A DNA stretch of 64,000 bases from an uncultured Candidatus Saccharibacteria bacterium (lineage in GTDB: Bacteria; Patescibacteriota; Minisyncoccia; Phycocordibacterales; UBA12088), in NCBI GenBank assembly GCA_964562615.1, contig CAZLUD010000002.1, forward strand, positions 153,300 to 217,299. The letters run 5' to 3'. The notes below the pieces were generated by a model that was given only the letters and a program-made list of their open reading frames with translations, ran no database searches and was not told the origin of the DNA. Each line of letters starts with the position of its first letter. Position 1 is the first letter of the stretch. This document shows, piece after piece, positions 16,438 through 24,768 of this stretch. Position numbers and translations under genes: made by a program.

Positions 16438-18471
16438 TTAAATATCAAGTGTTGCGTTACGTGCATTTGACTGGATAAATGATTTTCTGTTGGTAACATC
16501 GGTGCCCATAAGAATATCAAATATTTTATCAGCCTCACGAGCATCATCAATAGTCACCTGCTTAAGGACTCTTCGGGCGGGATCCATTGTAGTCTCCCAC
16601 AACTCACCGTAGTTCATTTCTCCAAGACCTTTGTATCGTTGAATAGAAACTTTAACCGCCTTTTTCTTCTCGTCAACAACATCAACCTCTTCTGCTTCTT
16701 CGTTTTCAGATTCTTCAAAATCCGCCTCAATCACCCCAAGAGAAACAAGAATCTTATTCTTTTCTTCATCATTATACGCGTAGTGAAGGTCCTTCCCCTT
16801 GGTGATTTTATACAATGGTGGCTGAGCAATGTAGACATGCCCCGCAGAAATAAGCTGCGGCAAGTATCGATAAAATAGAGTGAGGAATAGGGTGCGTATG
16901 TGCGCGCCGTCTACGTCGGCATCGGTAGCGATAATAATCTTGTGATATCGCAAACGAGAAATATCAAAGGTGTCTCCAATAGCGGTACCGAGCGCGATAA
17001 GTAACTCTTTTACCCCACGCGCGGTCACAATTTTATCAAGGCGTGCACGCTCTACATTTAATACTTTTCCCCACATCGGCAAAACCGCTTGTATTCTTCT
17101 GTCTCTACCCTGCTTTGCTGATCCTCCTGCAGAATCTCCCTCTACAATAAATAGCTCAGCTTCTTCTGCTGCCTTTGTCTGGCAATCAGCAAGCTTTCCT
17201 GGCAAGGTCATACCCTCGAGCATTCCTTTTCGAAGGACGGAATCTTTTGCTGCTTTTGCTGCCTTTCGCGCCTTGAGGGCAAGTATTGATTTACCAATAA
17301 TAAATCGCGCGTCATCAGGATTCTCTTCCAAGTATTCGTTAAACGCTTCTGAGAATACCGTCTCGACAGCTCCCCTTGCCTCAACTGATCCAAGCTTGGC
17401 CTTTGTCTGCCCCTCAAACTGAATCTCGCGTAGCTTTACCGATACCACTGCGGTAAGACCCTCAAGCACATCATCACCAGTAAAGTTTTCGTCCTTCTCT
17501 TTAATGAGATTATTTTTGCGTCCGTAGGTATTAAGCGTACGAGTAAGCGCCGTTTTAAAGCCGGTTATGTGCGTACCGCCTTCTGGGTTGTATATGTTGT
17601 TCGCAAAGCCAAGTATGCGTGGTGAAAAGTCATCAATATATTGAAGAGAAACTTCAACCGCGACATTATCGATTTCTTTCTCTACATAAAAAATATTTTT
17701 GTGTACTGGCTTTTGTGTGTGGTTATAAAACCGCACCAACGACTTAAGTCCGCCCTCAAAGTAAAACGACATTGACGGTACATCGAGTGCCAAGTCTCTA
17801 AACCAAAACACACTGTCAAGATCAATCTTGCCCTCATAGTCTCTGGCATCAAAAATAGAGATACGTAGCGCCTTTACTAAATACGCCTGCTGTCTGAGGT
17901 GGTCTACGATTTTATTCCATGAAAACGCTATCTCAGGAAATATCTCAGCGTCTGGCTCAAAGGTAACAATGGTGCCGTATGCTTTCGATGCTGAAACTTT
18001 CTTAACCGCCGCCTTTCTTTTGCCTCTGCTGTATTCTTGGAAAAACTTTCCTCCGTCGCGATGCACCTCAACACTCGCAAACACAGAGAGCGCATTTACA
18101 ACCGACACACCCACGCCGTGGAGTCCACCAGAAACTTTGTACCCCTCGCCACCAAATTTTCCTCCCGCATGGAGTGTGGTCATGATAGTTTCAAGCGCAG
18201 ACACTTTTGTCTGCTTGTGCATATCGACAGGAATACCGCGTCCATTGTCTGCGACGCGTATTCTATTGTTTGGCAACAACACTACTTCAATATCATTTGC
18301 ATACCCACCCATCGCCTCATCGCGACTGTTATCAAATACCTCCCAGATCAAGTGGTGAAGCCCATCAGGGCCAGTGGTACCAATATACATACCCGGTCGC
18401 TTGCGTACCGGCTCAAGCCCTTCTAGTACTTGAATGTCTTCTGCGCTGTAGTGATGTCCTTTTGCATTCAT
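16438..18471 (-). CDS. gyrB: DNA gyrase subunit B
   Basis: YSAEDIQVLEGLEPVRKRPGMYIG, GLHGVGVSVVNALS, the Toprim motif EGDSAGGSAKQGRDR, and QRYKGLGEMN. Start taken at MNAKGHHY (18469-18471); the ATG at 18513 lies inside a TATAAT-like box. Confidence 0.92.
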   Translation of the reverse strand: MNAKGHHYSAEDIQVLEGLEPVRKRPGMYIGTTGPDGLHHLIWEVFDNSRDEAMGGYANDIEVVLLPNNRIRVADNGRGIPVDMHKQTKVSALETIMTTLHAGGKFGGEGYKVSGGLHGVGVSVVNALSVFASVEVHRDGGKFFQEYSRGKRKAAVKKVSASKAYGTIVTFEPDAEIFPEIAFSWNKIVDHLRQQAYLVKALRISIFDARDYEGKIDLDSVFWFRDLALDVPSMSFYFEGGLKSLVRFYNHTQKPVHKNIFYVEKEIDNVAVEVSLQYIDDFSPRILGFANNIYNPEGGTHITGFKTALTRTLNTYGRKNNLIKEKDENFTGDDVLEGLTAVVSVKLREIQFEGQTKAKLGSVEARGAVETVFSEAFNEYLEENPDDARFIIGKSILALKARKAAKAAKDSVLRKGMLEGMTLPGKLADCQTKAAEEAELFIVEGDSAGGSAKQGRDRRIQAVLPMWGKVLNVERARLDKIVTARGVKELLIALGTAIGDTFDISRLRYHKIIIATDADVDGAHIRTLFLTLFYRYLPQLISAGHVYIAQPPLYKITKGKDLHYAYNDEEKNKILVSLGVIEADFEESENEEAEEVDVVDEKKKAVKVSIQRYKGLGEMNYGELWETTMDPARRVLKQVTIDDAREADKIFDILMGTDVTNRKSFIQSNARNATLDI

Positions 18472-18568
18472 ATACGTATAGTGACTAGAGTATACCACAA
18501 AACCACGCTTCATTATAGCGATAATTCATTGACTAACCCCCAAAAATACGACCTATTGCGGAGTGTAA

Positions 18569-19006
18569 TTAGCGCTTACTTGTCGCCCTTTCTGCAATAA
18601 TTAAGGTCATGGCACTTACAAGCGCCGTAACGAGTATGCCCCAAATGATATCCACAACCGTAACCACTATTGGCCAATCAGCAAGTATAGCCGCGTTGGT
18701 AAACCCATACGTGCCGTAGGCCACAAGCCCAAGCACGGCACCCCTAAATAATGCCCCGTAGGCAGATATCTTTTCGTTATGAGAAGGAATAACCGCAAGG
18801 GTAGCAATACCAATTGGGTATATCGCATAAAAGAGGAATGTGGGTAAAAGACCAATTTGTGGAGCAAGAAGATGAAATAGTGAATCCGCATAAAAGGTAG
18901 TCGCCACAATCCCAAGCCAAATACCATCCATAGTGGTAAGAAGAACAAAGGCAACCGCATACACCATCCAAAATGATAATGATTTTGTGAAAAAGAATCG
19001 TAACAT
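18569..19006 (-). CDS. DUF2177-like integral membrane protein
   Basis: 145 aa, 4 TM, with MDGIWLGIVATTFY near the N-terminus as in DUF2177 proteins as I recall them. Confidence 0.55.
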   Translation of the reverse strand: MLRFFFTKSLSFWMVYAVAFVLLTTMDGIWLGIVATTFYADSLFHLLAPQIGLLPTFLFYAIYPIGIATLAVIPSHNEKISAYGALFRGAVLGLVAYGTYGFTNAAILADWPIVVTVVDIIWGILVTALVSAMTLIIAERATSKR

Positions 19007-19009
19007 ATA

Positions 19010-19402
19010 TTATTCTTTGCGAATAACTCCTCCGTCTGCAGACATTCTATACACAGACAAACGCTCTCCTGTGGTAATCTCTACACGATACCCATCAACA
19101 GTGGCTTGGGTGCACATCTCATCTTTTCCTAGCCCCAGACAACCATCTGGCCATGTTCGCACCTCCGAAGAGGTGATGGTGATATCTTCAATTGCCGAGG
19201 AAGTGTCCTCAACTGCTTTAGTGAGTAGTGCTGCAAGTGCCTTATCAGGGATAGTCGCAAATTCTTCACGCTCTATAGAAGTCTCATGTACTTCTGGTAT
19301 AGATTGCTCCTCTTTTTGCTTTGCGATCATCACCCCATCAACCACATACGCTCCCCCTGCGCCAAATAGTGCTATGAGTACAATAATAGGTATCCATCTC
19401 AT
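19010..19402 (-). CDS. membrane-anchored hypothetical protein
   Basis: Start at MRWIPIIVLIALFGAGGAYV (TM anchor), with an extracytoplasmic about 100-aa domain containing a Cys pair. Confidence 0.5.
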   Translation of the reverse strand: MRWIPIIVLIALFGAGGAYVVDGVMIAKQKEEQSIPEVHETSIEREEFATIPDKALAALLTKAVEDTSSAIEDITITSSEVRTWPDGCLGLGKDEMCTQATVDGYRVEITTGERLSVYRMSADGGVIRKE

Positions 19403-19429
19403 GCACACAGCATACCATGGGTACAACTA

Positions 19430-19621
19430 TTACAGCGAGTACATTGTACCAATAGTGCTCATGAGCATTGGTACCGCAAAGACAAGTCCGATAAGCGGAA
19501 GCACAAAAAATACAATGGTAGCAATAAGTGAGTAAAGAAAGTATTTGCGAATCTTCTCTACCGACACACTCATCATGTCTATCTTATCTTCAAGCGCCTT
19601 GAGTCTATCGTTTTCTTCCAT
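19430..19621 (-). CDS. small membrane protein (63 aa)
   Basis: MEENDRLKALEDKIDMM then the TM segment YSLIATIVFFVLPLIGLVFAVPML. The longer ORF would overlap the end of msrAB. Confidence 0.45.
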   Translation of the reverse strand: MEENDRLKALEDKIDMMSVSVEKIRKYFLYSLIATIVFFVLPLIGLVFAVPMLMSTIGTMYSL

Positions 19622-19634
19622 AGTAGGGTGATTA

Positions 19635-20798
19635 TTAATTAAACAGGGCAAGATACTCGCCATACCCCTCCTTTTCCATATCGCGCGTAGGAATAAATCT
19701 AAGCGCCGCACTGTTCATGCAATATCTAAGTCCCCCTCTGTCTTTTGGACCATCTGAAAACACGTGCCCAAGATGAGAATCTGCAAATCGTGAACGCACC
19801 TCGGTACGTGTACTAAAAAATGATGAATCATCTTTTGTCACAATAAAGAGAGGGTCTATTGGCTTAACAAATGATGGCCATCCCGTACCCGAGTCATACT
19901 TATCCCTCGATGAAAACAGCGGTTCCCCAGACACCACATCAACGTATATACCCTCTTCTTTGTTATCTGCATACTCATTTGCAAACGGTTTTTCTGTGCC
20001 ATCCTTTTGCGTTACTTTGTATGACTCCGGAGAGAGCATTCCTTGTAGTTCTGTATCACTTGGTTTTACAAAACTAGACCATGCGGTGGTAGTGGTAGGC
20101 ATATATTCTGGTGATATGTTATGTAATGTGTCTCCCCAGTACTTCTTTATAAAGGCATCTCTCCCTGATGCGTTTCTATAAAAACCGTATCTGAGTGCGT
20201 TTTCTTTATAGTAATTTTGGTGATACTCCTCAGCGGTATAAAAAGGTGCACGTGGCAATACCTCAACGGCAAGCGGTTTTTCATACACCTTTTGCGCATC
20301 TATATGCGCAAGCACGCGCATGGCAGTGTCTTTTTCATTTTCATCAGCATAGTATATCGCTGGTGAGTATGCCTTTCCTCTATCATGAAAGGATCCATCT
20401 TTATCAGTTGGGTCAATGTGCTTTATAAAATACTCAAGTAACCCCGCATAGGTGAGGACTTGTGGATTATAGGTAACCTCTACCACCTCTCTGTGGTCAT
20501 CTTTGCTGTACGTCTCGTAGGTAGGATTGCTACTAGTACCGCCACTATACCCCGACACCACACTCGCTACTCCATCTAGTTTTTCTAGATCTGCCTCTAC
20601 GCACCAAAAGCATCCACCCGCAACAATAGCAGTGCGCATATCAGAAGCTGAGTTAGTGGTGTGAGAAGTAGTATCCGAGAGCGGCATATCTTGTGTAGTA
20701 ATCATAGAAAAATTGTGTGTATAAAAATAAATACTGATGCCAACCACAACACACGCTACCGCCAGTATAATGCGTTTATTCATGGCTTGTCTTTTCAA
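19635..20798 (-). CDS. msrAB: bifunctional methionine sulfoxide reductase MsrA/MsrB with N-terminal membrane anchor or signal
   Basis: [11 protein letters not shown] (MsrA active site) and [13 protein letters not shown] (MsrB active site). N-terminal hydrophobic segment [17 protein letters not shown]. Confidence 0.9.
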   Translation of the reverse strand: MKRQAMNKRIILAVACVVVGISIYFYTHNFSMITTQDMPLSDTTSHTTNSASDMRTAIVAGGCFWCVEADLEKLDGVASVVSGYSGGTSSNPTYETYSKDDHREVVEVTYNPQVLTYAGLLEYFIKHIDPTDKDGSFHDRGKAYSPAIYYADENEKDTAMRVLAHIDAQKVYEKPLAVEVLPRAPFYTAEEYHQNYYKENALRYGFYRNASGRDAFIKKYWGDTLHNISPEYMPTTTTAWSSFVKPSDTELQGMLSPESYKVTQKDGTEKPFANEYADNKEEGIYVDVVSGEPLFSSRDKYDSGTGWPSFVKPIDPLFIVTKDDSSFFSTRTEVRSRFADSHLGHVFSDGPKDRGGLRYCMNSAALRFIPTRDMEKEGYGEYLALFN

Positions 20799-21513
20799 TT
20801 ATTTGCGCACTCTTCATTCTTTCTTTTCGCTCACCTTGATACAGAAAAAACGAGTATAGTACGGTAATGACTACCGTACTCATAAGCGGGTAGAAAAATA
20901 GTGCAAACGAATACTGTGGTGCAAAAAGCGCAAGCATACTTATTGCCCCCGAAAACATAAACAAATCTGACGCAAGCAAATGGGTTTTGTCCCACACCGT
21001 ATCACTTGAAAGAGTCCACGGCGTACGGACTCCCATAAACCAATTTCTCCTAGCAAACCTCAGTTCGTACCCAATGATGATAAAAAGGATACCAAGTGGC
21101 GGTACTATCGCACGTGACATAGCAAACTCATACCCCATATTCCATACCAGCACGAGCGCGTGGATGTACGTAAGAAAGGCGATGATAGCAAGGACCACCA
21201 TATTGTAGTGGGGTCGAAACTTTTCAACATTATCCTTAAATGGATCTATGCGGGGGAGCAAAAACAGCACGCCAGAGAGTATTACTGAAAGCAGCGGAAT
21301 AATAAGAAGCGCAAACAGTCGCGGAGTAAACGAATCCGCCTCCCCTGCAACAGTAAAATGAGTTGCCATCTGTTCAGGAAGCTGGTCATACAACAACACC
21401 CCAGATCCTATAGTGATAAGAATCAAGATACCGATGCATGTATAGGTAAGTGTAGTACTCACCCCACTATCATAACCCAAGTGAGTCTGTGTGTCTTTTA
21501 TGTATTCCACCAA
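20776..21513 (-). CDS. SdpI/YhfL-family membrane protein (DUF1648 + SdpI)
   Basis: [19 protein letters not shown] (DUF1648-like) and [24 protein letters not shown] (SdpI hallmark), with multiple TM helices. Confidence 0.65.
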   Translation of the reverse strand: MVEYIKDTQTHLGYDSGVSTTLTYTCIGILILITIGSGVLLYDQLPEQMATHFTVAGEADSFTPRLFALLIIPLLSVILSGVLFLLPRIDPFKDNVEKFRPHYNMVVLAIIAFLTYIHALVLVWNMGYEFAMSRAIVPPLGILFIIIGYELRFARRNWFMGVRTPWTLSSDTVWDKTHLLASDLFMFSGAISMLALFAPQYSFALFFYPLMSTVVITVLYSFFLYQGERKERMKSAQIIEKTSHE

Positions 21514-21516
21514 TTA

Positions 21517-22239
21517 CTATTTAACCAAAAAGGTAGCCCTTACCGTGATCATCACTTCTTTCTCTATAGTAGAAGTATCGTACATACCATAATCAGCAAC
21601 ATCAATAGAATTATTCTGGAGCACCTGCACCACACCACCCTGCGCGCTCTTCAACTTTCCTACTGATTGTCCGCTTGCGCTTGCTATTTCATTTGCGCGA
21701 GCTTCCGCATCTTTTACCGCGTCAGAAAGTAACGAGACTCTCAGTTCTGGAAGTGTCGATATATAGTACTCTGGCATCATAGGAGAAAACTGCACTGCAC
21801 GCTGCGCAAGCACCACGGTATTGCTGGCAAGTGATTCAATAAGCTCTACTGAGTCGCTCTCTACGGTAACTAGCTGCCTCACAGTCACCTTTCGTGGACC
21901 TTCATTTGTCCAATACTCATCAACTGCTATAGCGCCTTTGGTGATCGCCTCTTCTGGTACTCCCCCTTCGGTAAGAAAGGTCGCCACCTTTGCGCTATCA
22001 CGCGCTACTTCGCTATATGCATTTGCTAGTTCGTAATCATAGACAATTCTGTTTACGGCAATTGCCCACTTGGCAGTATCTGCTGTTGCAACCTGCGTTG
22101 CTGAGCCGGTAACAGAAAGCGTGTTATCAAGTGATCGCACCGCATAAAAGGTATAACTAAACACAAATGCGCACAGCACTAACGAACCCCCCACAATAAC
22201 TGCCGGCAAAGAAACTAATTTGTAGTCTGTTGTAAACAT
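21517..22239 (-). CDS. SIMPL (DUF541) domain protein with N-terminal anchor
   Basis: The TM anchor, LSVTGSATQVATADTA and AVKDAEARANEIASASGQSVGKL resemble SIMPL/26-kDa periplasmic protein family patterns. Confidence 0.55.
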   Translation of the reverse strand: MFTTDYKLVSLPAVIVGGSLVLCAFVFSYTFYAVRSLDNTLSVTGSATQVATADTAKWAIAVNRIVYDYELANAYSEVARDSAKVATFLTEGGVPEEAITKGAIAVDEYWTNEGPRKVTVRQLVTVESDSVELIESLASNTVVLAQRAVQFSPMMPEYYISTLPELRVSLLSDAVKDAEARANEIASASGQSVGKLKSAQGGVVQVLQNNSIDVADYGMYDTSTIEKEVMITVRATFLVK

Positions 22240-22491
22240 ATACAGCTAGTATACACGCAATAATTCACCCTGCACATGCTATGCAAATCAGTACATGAGT
22301 TATAACTCTATTCATCATGTGTGACCTTGATCACAAGAGTGCTTGGATGTATCATTCCCTCAGAAGATGACTCTACACTCAGTTCTCCTAGTGCCGGAAT
22401 GAGCCGATCGAGAAGTCAGTCGCCAAAACTACCTGTCTTGATCAGTTCACTACCGACTCACTGGTTGCAGGTGAGTAGTCCGAGCCCGACG

Positions 22492-22521
22492 TGTATCAGC
22501 ACGTCGGGCTCTTTAACTAAT
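22492..22521 (+). terminator. strong GC hairpin followed by TTT inside a 362-bp gene-free gap
   Basis: gagcccgacgtg-tatcag-cacgtcgggctc then tttaac. The U-run is on the plus strand only, while both flanking genes are on the minus strand. Confidence 0.4.
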
Positions 22522-22601
22522 ATGTATTACTGACACACCTCACGATTCTACCTTCGTGTTTGATTGATAATCTAACCAAGACTTATTCTTTAGTATTCTA
22601 A

Positions 22602-24242
22602 TTACCCCGTATACGTTGCGCGGGCGAGGGAGAGAGTGTCGAAGTCGTAGACTTCTTTGAGGTGTGTATACACGGGGGTTAGTTTTTCAGTGCCGAGTTT
22701 TTTAAAGGCGCTATGGATGTGTGCCAAATCGTCCGCATCAAAAAGTGCAGAGAGCGTAGCCATGTCAGCGGCAAGCAATGCTCCTTTTTTATTGAGAGCA
22801 TCAAGGTGTCCAATAATAGTACGCACTGTCATGCCACGCGCTTTTGCTATCTCAGCAGGCGTCTTTCCGGTTCGGAGTAATTGCAGTGTTTCTTCAGTGG
22901 TAGATAGTTTTTTCTTGCTTTTTTGAGGAGAGAGTCCCACTGTGCCGCCCATGGCGGTGATTGATCGCACGTGAAGCGTGTCTATTTCTTCCTTACTCAT
23001 ACTCATAAACATACGGCGCGCTTGATGAGACTCTTCCTTTACCACCGCATCAGTATCACGCACGAGCGGATGTACCTCGAGCGCTCGTTCGTTAAATCCA
23101 ACAAGATACAGTCCCTCTATTGTCCTAATACGTGAAAGTGCGACGTATCCCTGCCCGTATTCAAATGCTTTACTCAAATCAATATACGCCGCATCAAGAC
23201 TCATACCCTGGCTTTTGTGTATAGTAATAGCCCACGCAAGGCGCAGTGGTAACTGTGTTACTTTAGCAAGTACCTTTCCCTCTTCTTCAAGCGTCCATTC
23301 CATAAATGGCACGTCAATCGTTTTGCCATCGCGGGTTTTAACCACCGGCACGCCATCACGCCTAAATGCCTCAACAACTCCAAGAGTACCGTTCGCAAAT
23401 CCTTCTTCGGGATTGTTTTTGGTAAACATCACCGCGGCACCCTTTTTTATCACAAGCTCAGCAGGTGAGAGGCATCCTTTTTTAATTGCTTCAATATGAT
23501 GTGGTGAGCCTTTCTCAGTCATGCGAAAACGCTTTGCATCTCCTGGTAGCGCGGTAAGCGTTGCATCATTCATGGAGTCTACATCAGCGTTGTGGGTAAA
23601 CAGTTTAGGAATATGTCCTGAGTCAGGTATCACTTGCCTACTCTCTAATACATTCATGATTCGTGCTGTCTTGGTACCTGTACGAATGTGTGACAGTAGC
23701 TCTGTGAGCGCCTCATCCACATGTCGGTGTTGTTCATCTAAATAGCAGACCACGGGGTTAGCCGCACTCCACGCATCAGCGGTAAAGGCAAATTCGGCAT
23801 GTTCACCAATTGGTGGTAATTGAAAAAAATCTCCAACAAATATTACCTGCACACCGCCAAAAGGAAGTGGGTTACCCCGAGCGGTAATAAGTATGGCATT
23901 TACTGCATCAAGCACACCACGCGGAAGCATGGATATTTCGTCAATAATAAGAACGGTGGCTTTTTTCAGGCGCTTCACTACCCGCTCACGTTCTAAAATA
24001 GTATCAATGTCGTATTTTGACACAGAGGACTTAGTGCCCACGCCAGACCATGCGTGTATGGTCATTCCATGAAGGTGGGTTGCCGCAATGCCCGTTGAAG
24101 CAGTAACAGAGGGCTCTATACCTCTATCACGCAAGTATCTAATATACTCCCGAATTGTGTGTGTCTTCCCTGACCCTGGCTCCCCTGTCAAAAATACATT
24201 TGAGCCGGTTTTGAGAATAGTAAGTGCTTCAGCTTGCGTCAT
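22602..24242 (-). CDS. PIF1/RecD-like superfamily 1 DNA helicase with C-terminal helix-turn-helix
   Basis: Walker A TGEPGSGKTHTI, Walker B VLIIDEISML, ITIHKSQGMSLD, and a C-terminal HTH-like segment TPAEIAKARGMTVRTIIGHL. Confidence 0.8.
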   Translation of the reverse strand: MTQAEALTILKTGSNVFLTGEPGSGKTHTIREYIRYLRDRGIEPSVTASTGIAATHLHGMTIHAWSGVGTKSSVSKYDIDTILERERVVKRLKKATVLIIDEISMLPRGVLDAVNAILITARGNPLPFGGVQVIFVGDFFQLPPIGEHAEFAFTADAWSAANPVVCYLDEQHRHVDEALTELLSHIRTGTKTARIMNVLESRQVIPDSGHIPKLFTHNADVDSMNDATLTALPGDAKRFRMTEKGSPHHIEAIKKGCLSPAELVIKKGAAVMFTKNNPEEGFANGTLGVVEAFRRDGVPVVKTRDGKTIDVPFMEWTLEEEGKVLAKVTQLPLRLAWAITIHKSQGMSLDAAYIDLSKAFEYGQGYVALSRIRTIEGLYLVGFNERALEVHPLVRDTDAVVKEESHQARRMFMSMSKEEIDTLHVRSITAMGGTVGLSPQKSKKKLSTTEETLQLLRTGKTPAEIAKARGMTVRTIIGHLDALNKKGALLAADMATLSALFDADDLAHIHSAFKKLGTEKLTPVYTHLKEVYDFDTLSLARATYTG

Positions 24243-24260
24243 ACGAGTAGTCTACCATGA

Positions 24261-24767
24261 CTACATTAGACCAAGTTTTCGCCAAAACGAGAGGAGTGTC
24301 TCTGAAGACACTACCCGCCCTACTCCTTCAGCATTTGTATATTCAGGATCGTGATAGAAATAATCTTTTTTGTGTCGCCCCACTATCACCACCTGGTGAT
24401 ACTTATCACGTAGCGCTTCATCAAACCTGCGAGATACTGAAACAATAACTGGCATTCCACGTTCAAGTGCCTCATCCAAAAAATCCAATACTCGCTCATC
24501 AGAGTATTCTTTGATATCAAATCGATTGATGCTCACGTCAAATGAGTTAGCTACCTCGATAAGCTTGTCATGTACCCATCCAGATGGCCCAAATGCATTT
24601 ATGCGTAGCGCGCGAGCGAGCACTTCATCAGGAGAAATATTCTCTTTGCGATGGTAGGCAATAAGCATAGAGAGTGCCGCGATACCGCACGCACGCGGCT
24701 TCCACTCAATGTCAGTAATATGGTCATACTGTGAATAATATGGAACGATAAGTGTCGCTTCTTTCAT
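24261..24767 (-). CDS. peptidase C39-like (papain-fold) domain protein
   Basis: VPYYSQYD...PRACGIAALSML (catalytic Cys context) and YHQVVIVG (His context). The start lies 1 nt after the pheT stop. Confidence 0.7.
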   Translation of the reverse strand: MKEATLIVPYYSQYDHITDIEWKPRACGIAALSMLIAYHRKENISPDEVLARALRINAFGPSGWVHDKLIEVANSFDVSINRFDIKEYSDERVLDFLDEALERGMPVIVSVSRRFDEALRDKYHQVVIVGRHKKDYFYHDPEYTNAEGVGRVVSSETLLSFWRKLGLM

Positions 24768-24768
24768 G

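Noticed and set aside
12166-18513. The longest-ORF starts for several genes: 12166 and 14102 (CARDB paralogs), 12278 (sortase), 14028 (Cys-rich protein) and 18513 (gyrB). The same applies elsewhere to 27853 (pheS), 52633 (secA), 58615 (LCAT-like) and 38157 (pilin P3).
   Set aside because: The extensions overlap divergent neighbours or sit on top of promoter or terminator elements (TTGACA at 14102, TATAAT around 18513, terminator at 58514-58541). They also add non-homologous residues ahead of a recognisable signal peptide or a conserved N-terminus. Internal ATGs were preferred.
22380-22425. Partial resemblance of gtgccggaatgagccgat to the 3' side of SRP RNA helix 8 (GUGCCGGGAUGUAGCUGG in E. 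coli 4.5S).
   Set aside because: The complementary 5' half with the GGAA-tetraloop/AGCA motifs is not present upstream, and I could not draw a closing helix. The evidence is insufficient to call an SRP RNA.
22321-22533. The 70-aa plus-strand ORF in the 362-bp gap.
   Set aside because: It has a GTG start, no RBS and no -10 at leaderless spacing. Its product is Ser/Pro-rich and low-complexity, and the ORF ends inside the terminator-like hairpin. I treat it as noncoding (candidate RNA) instead.
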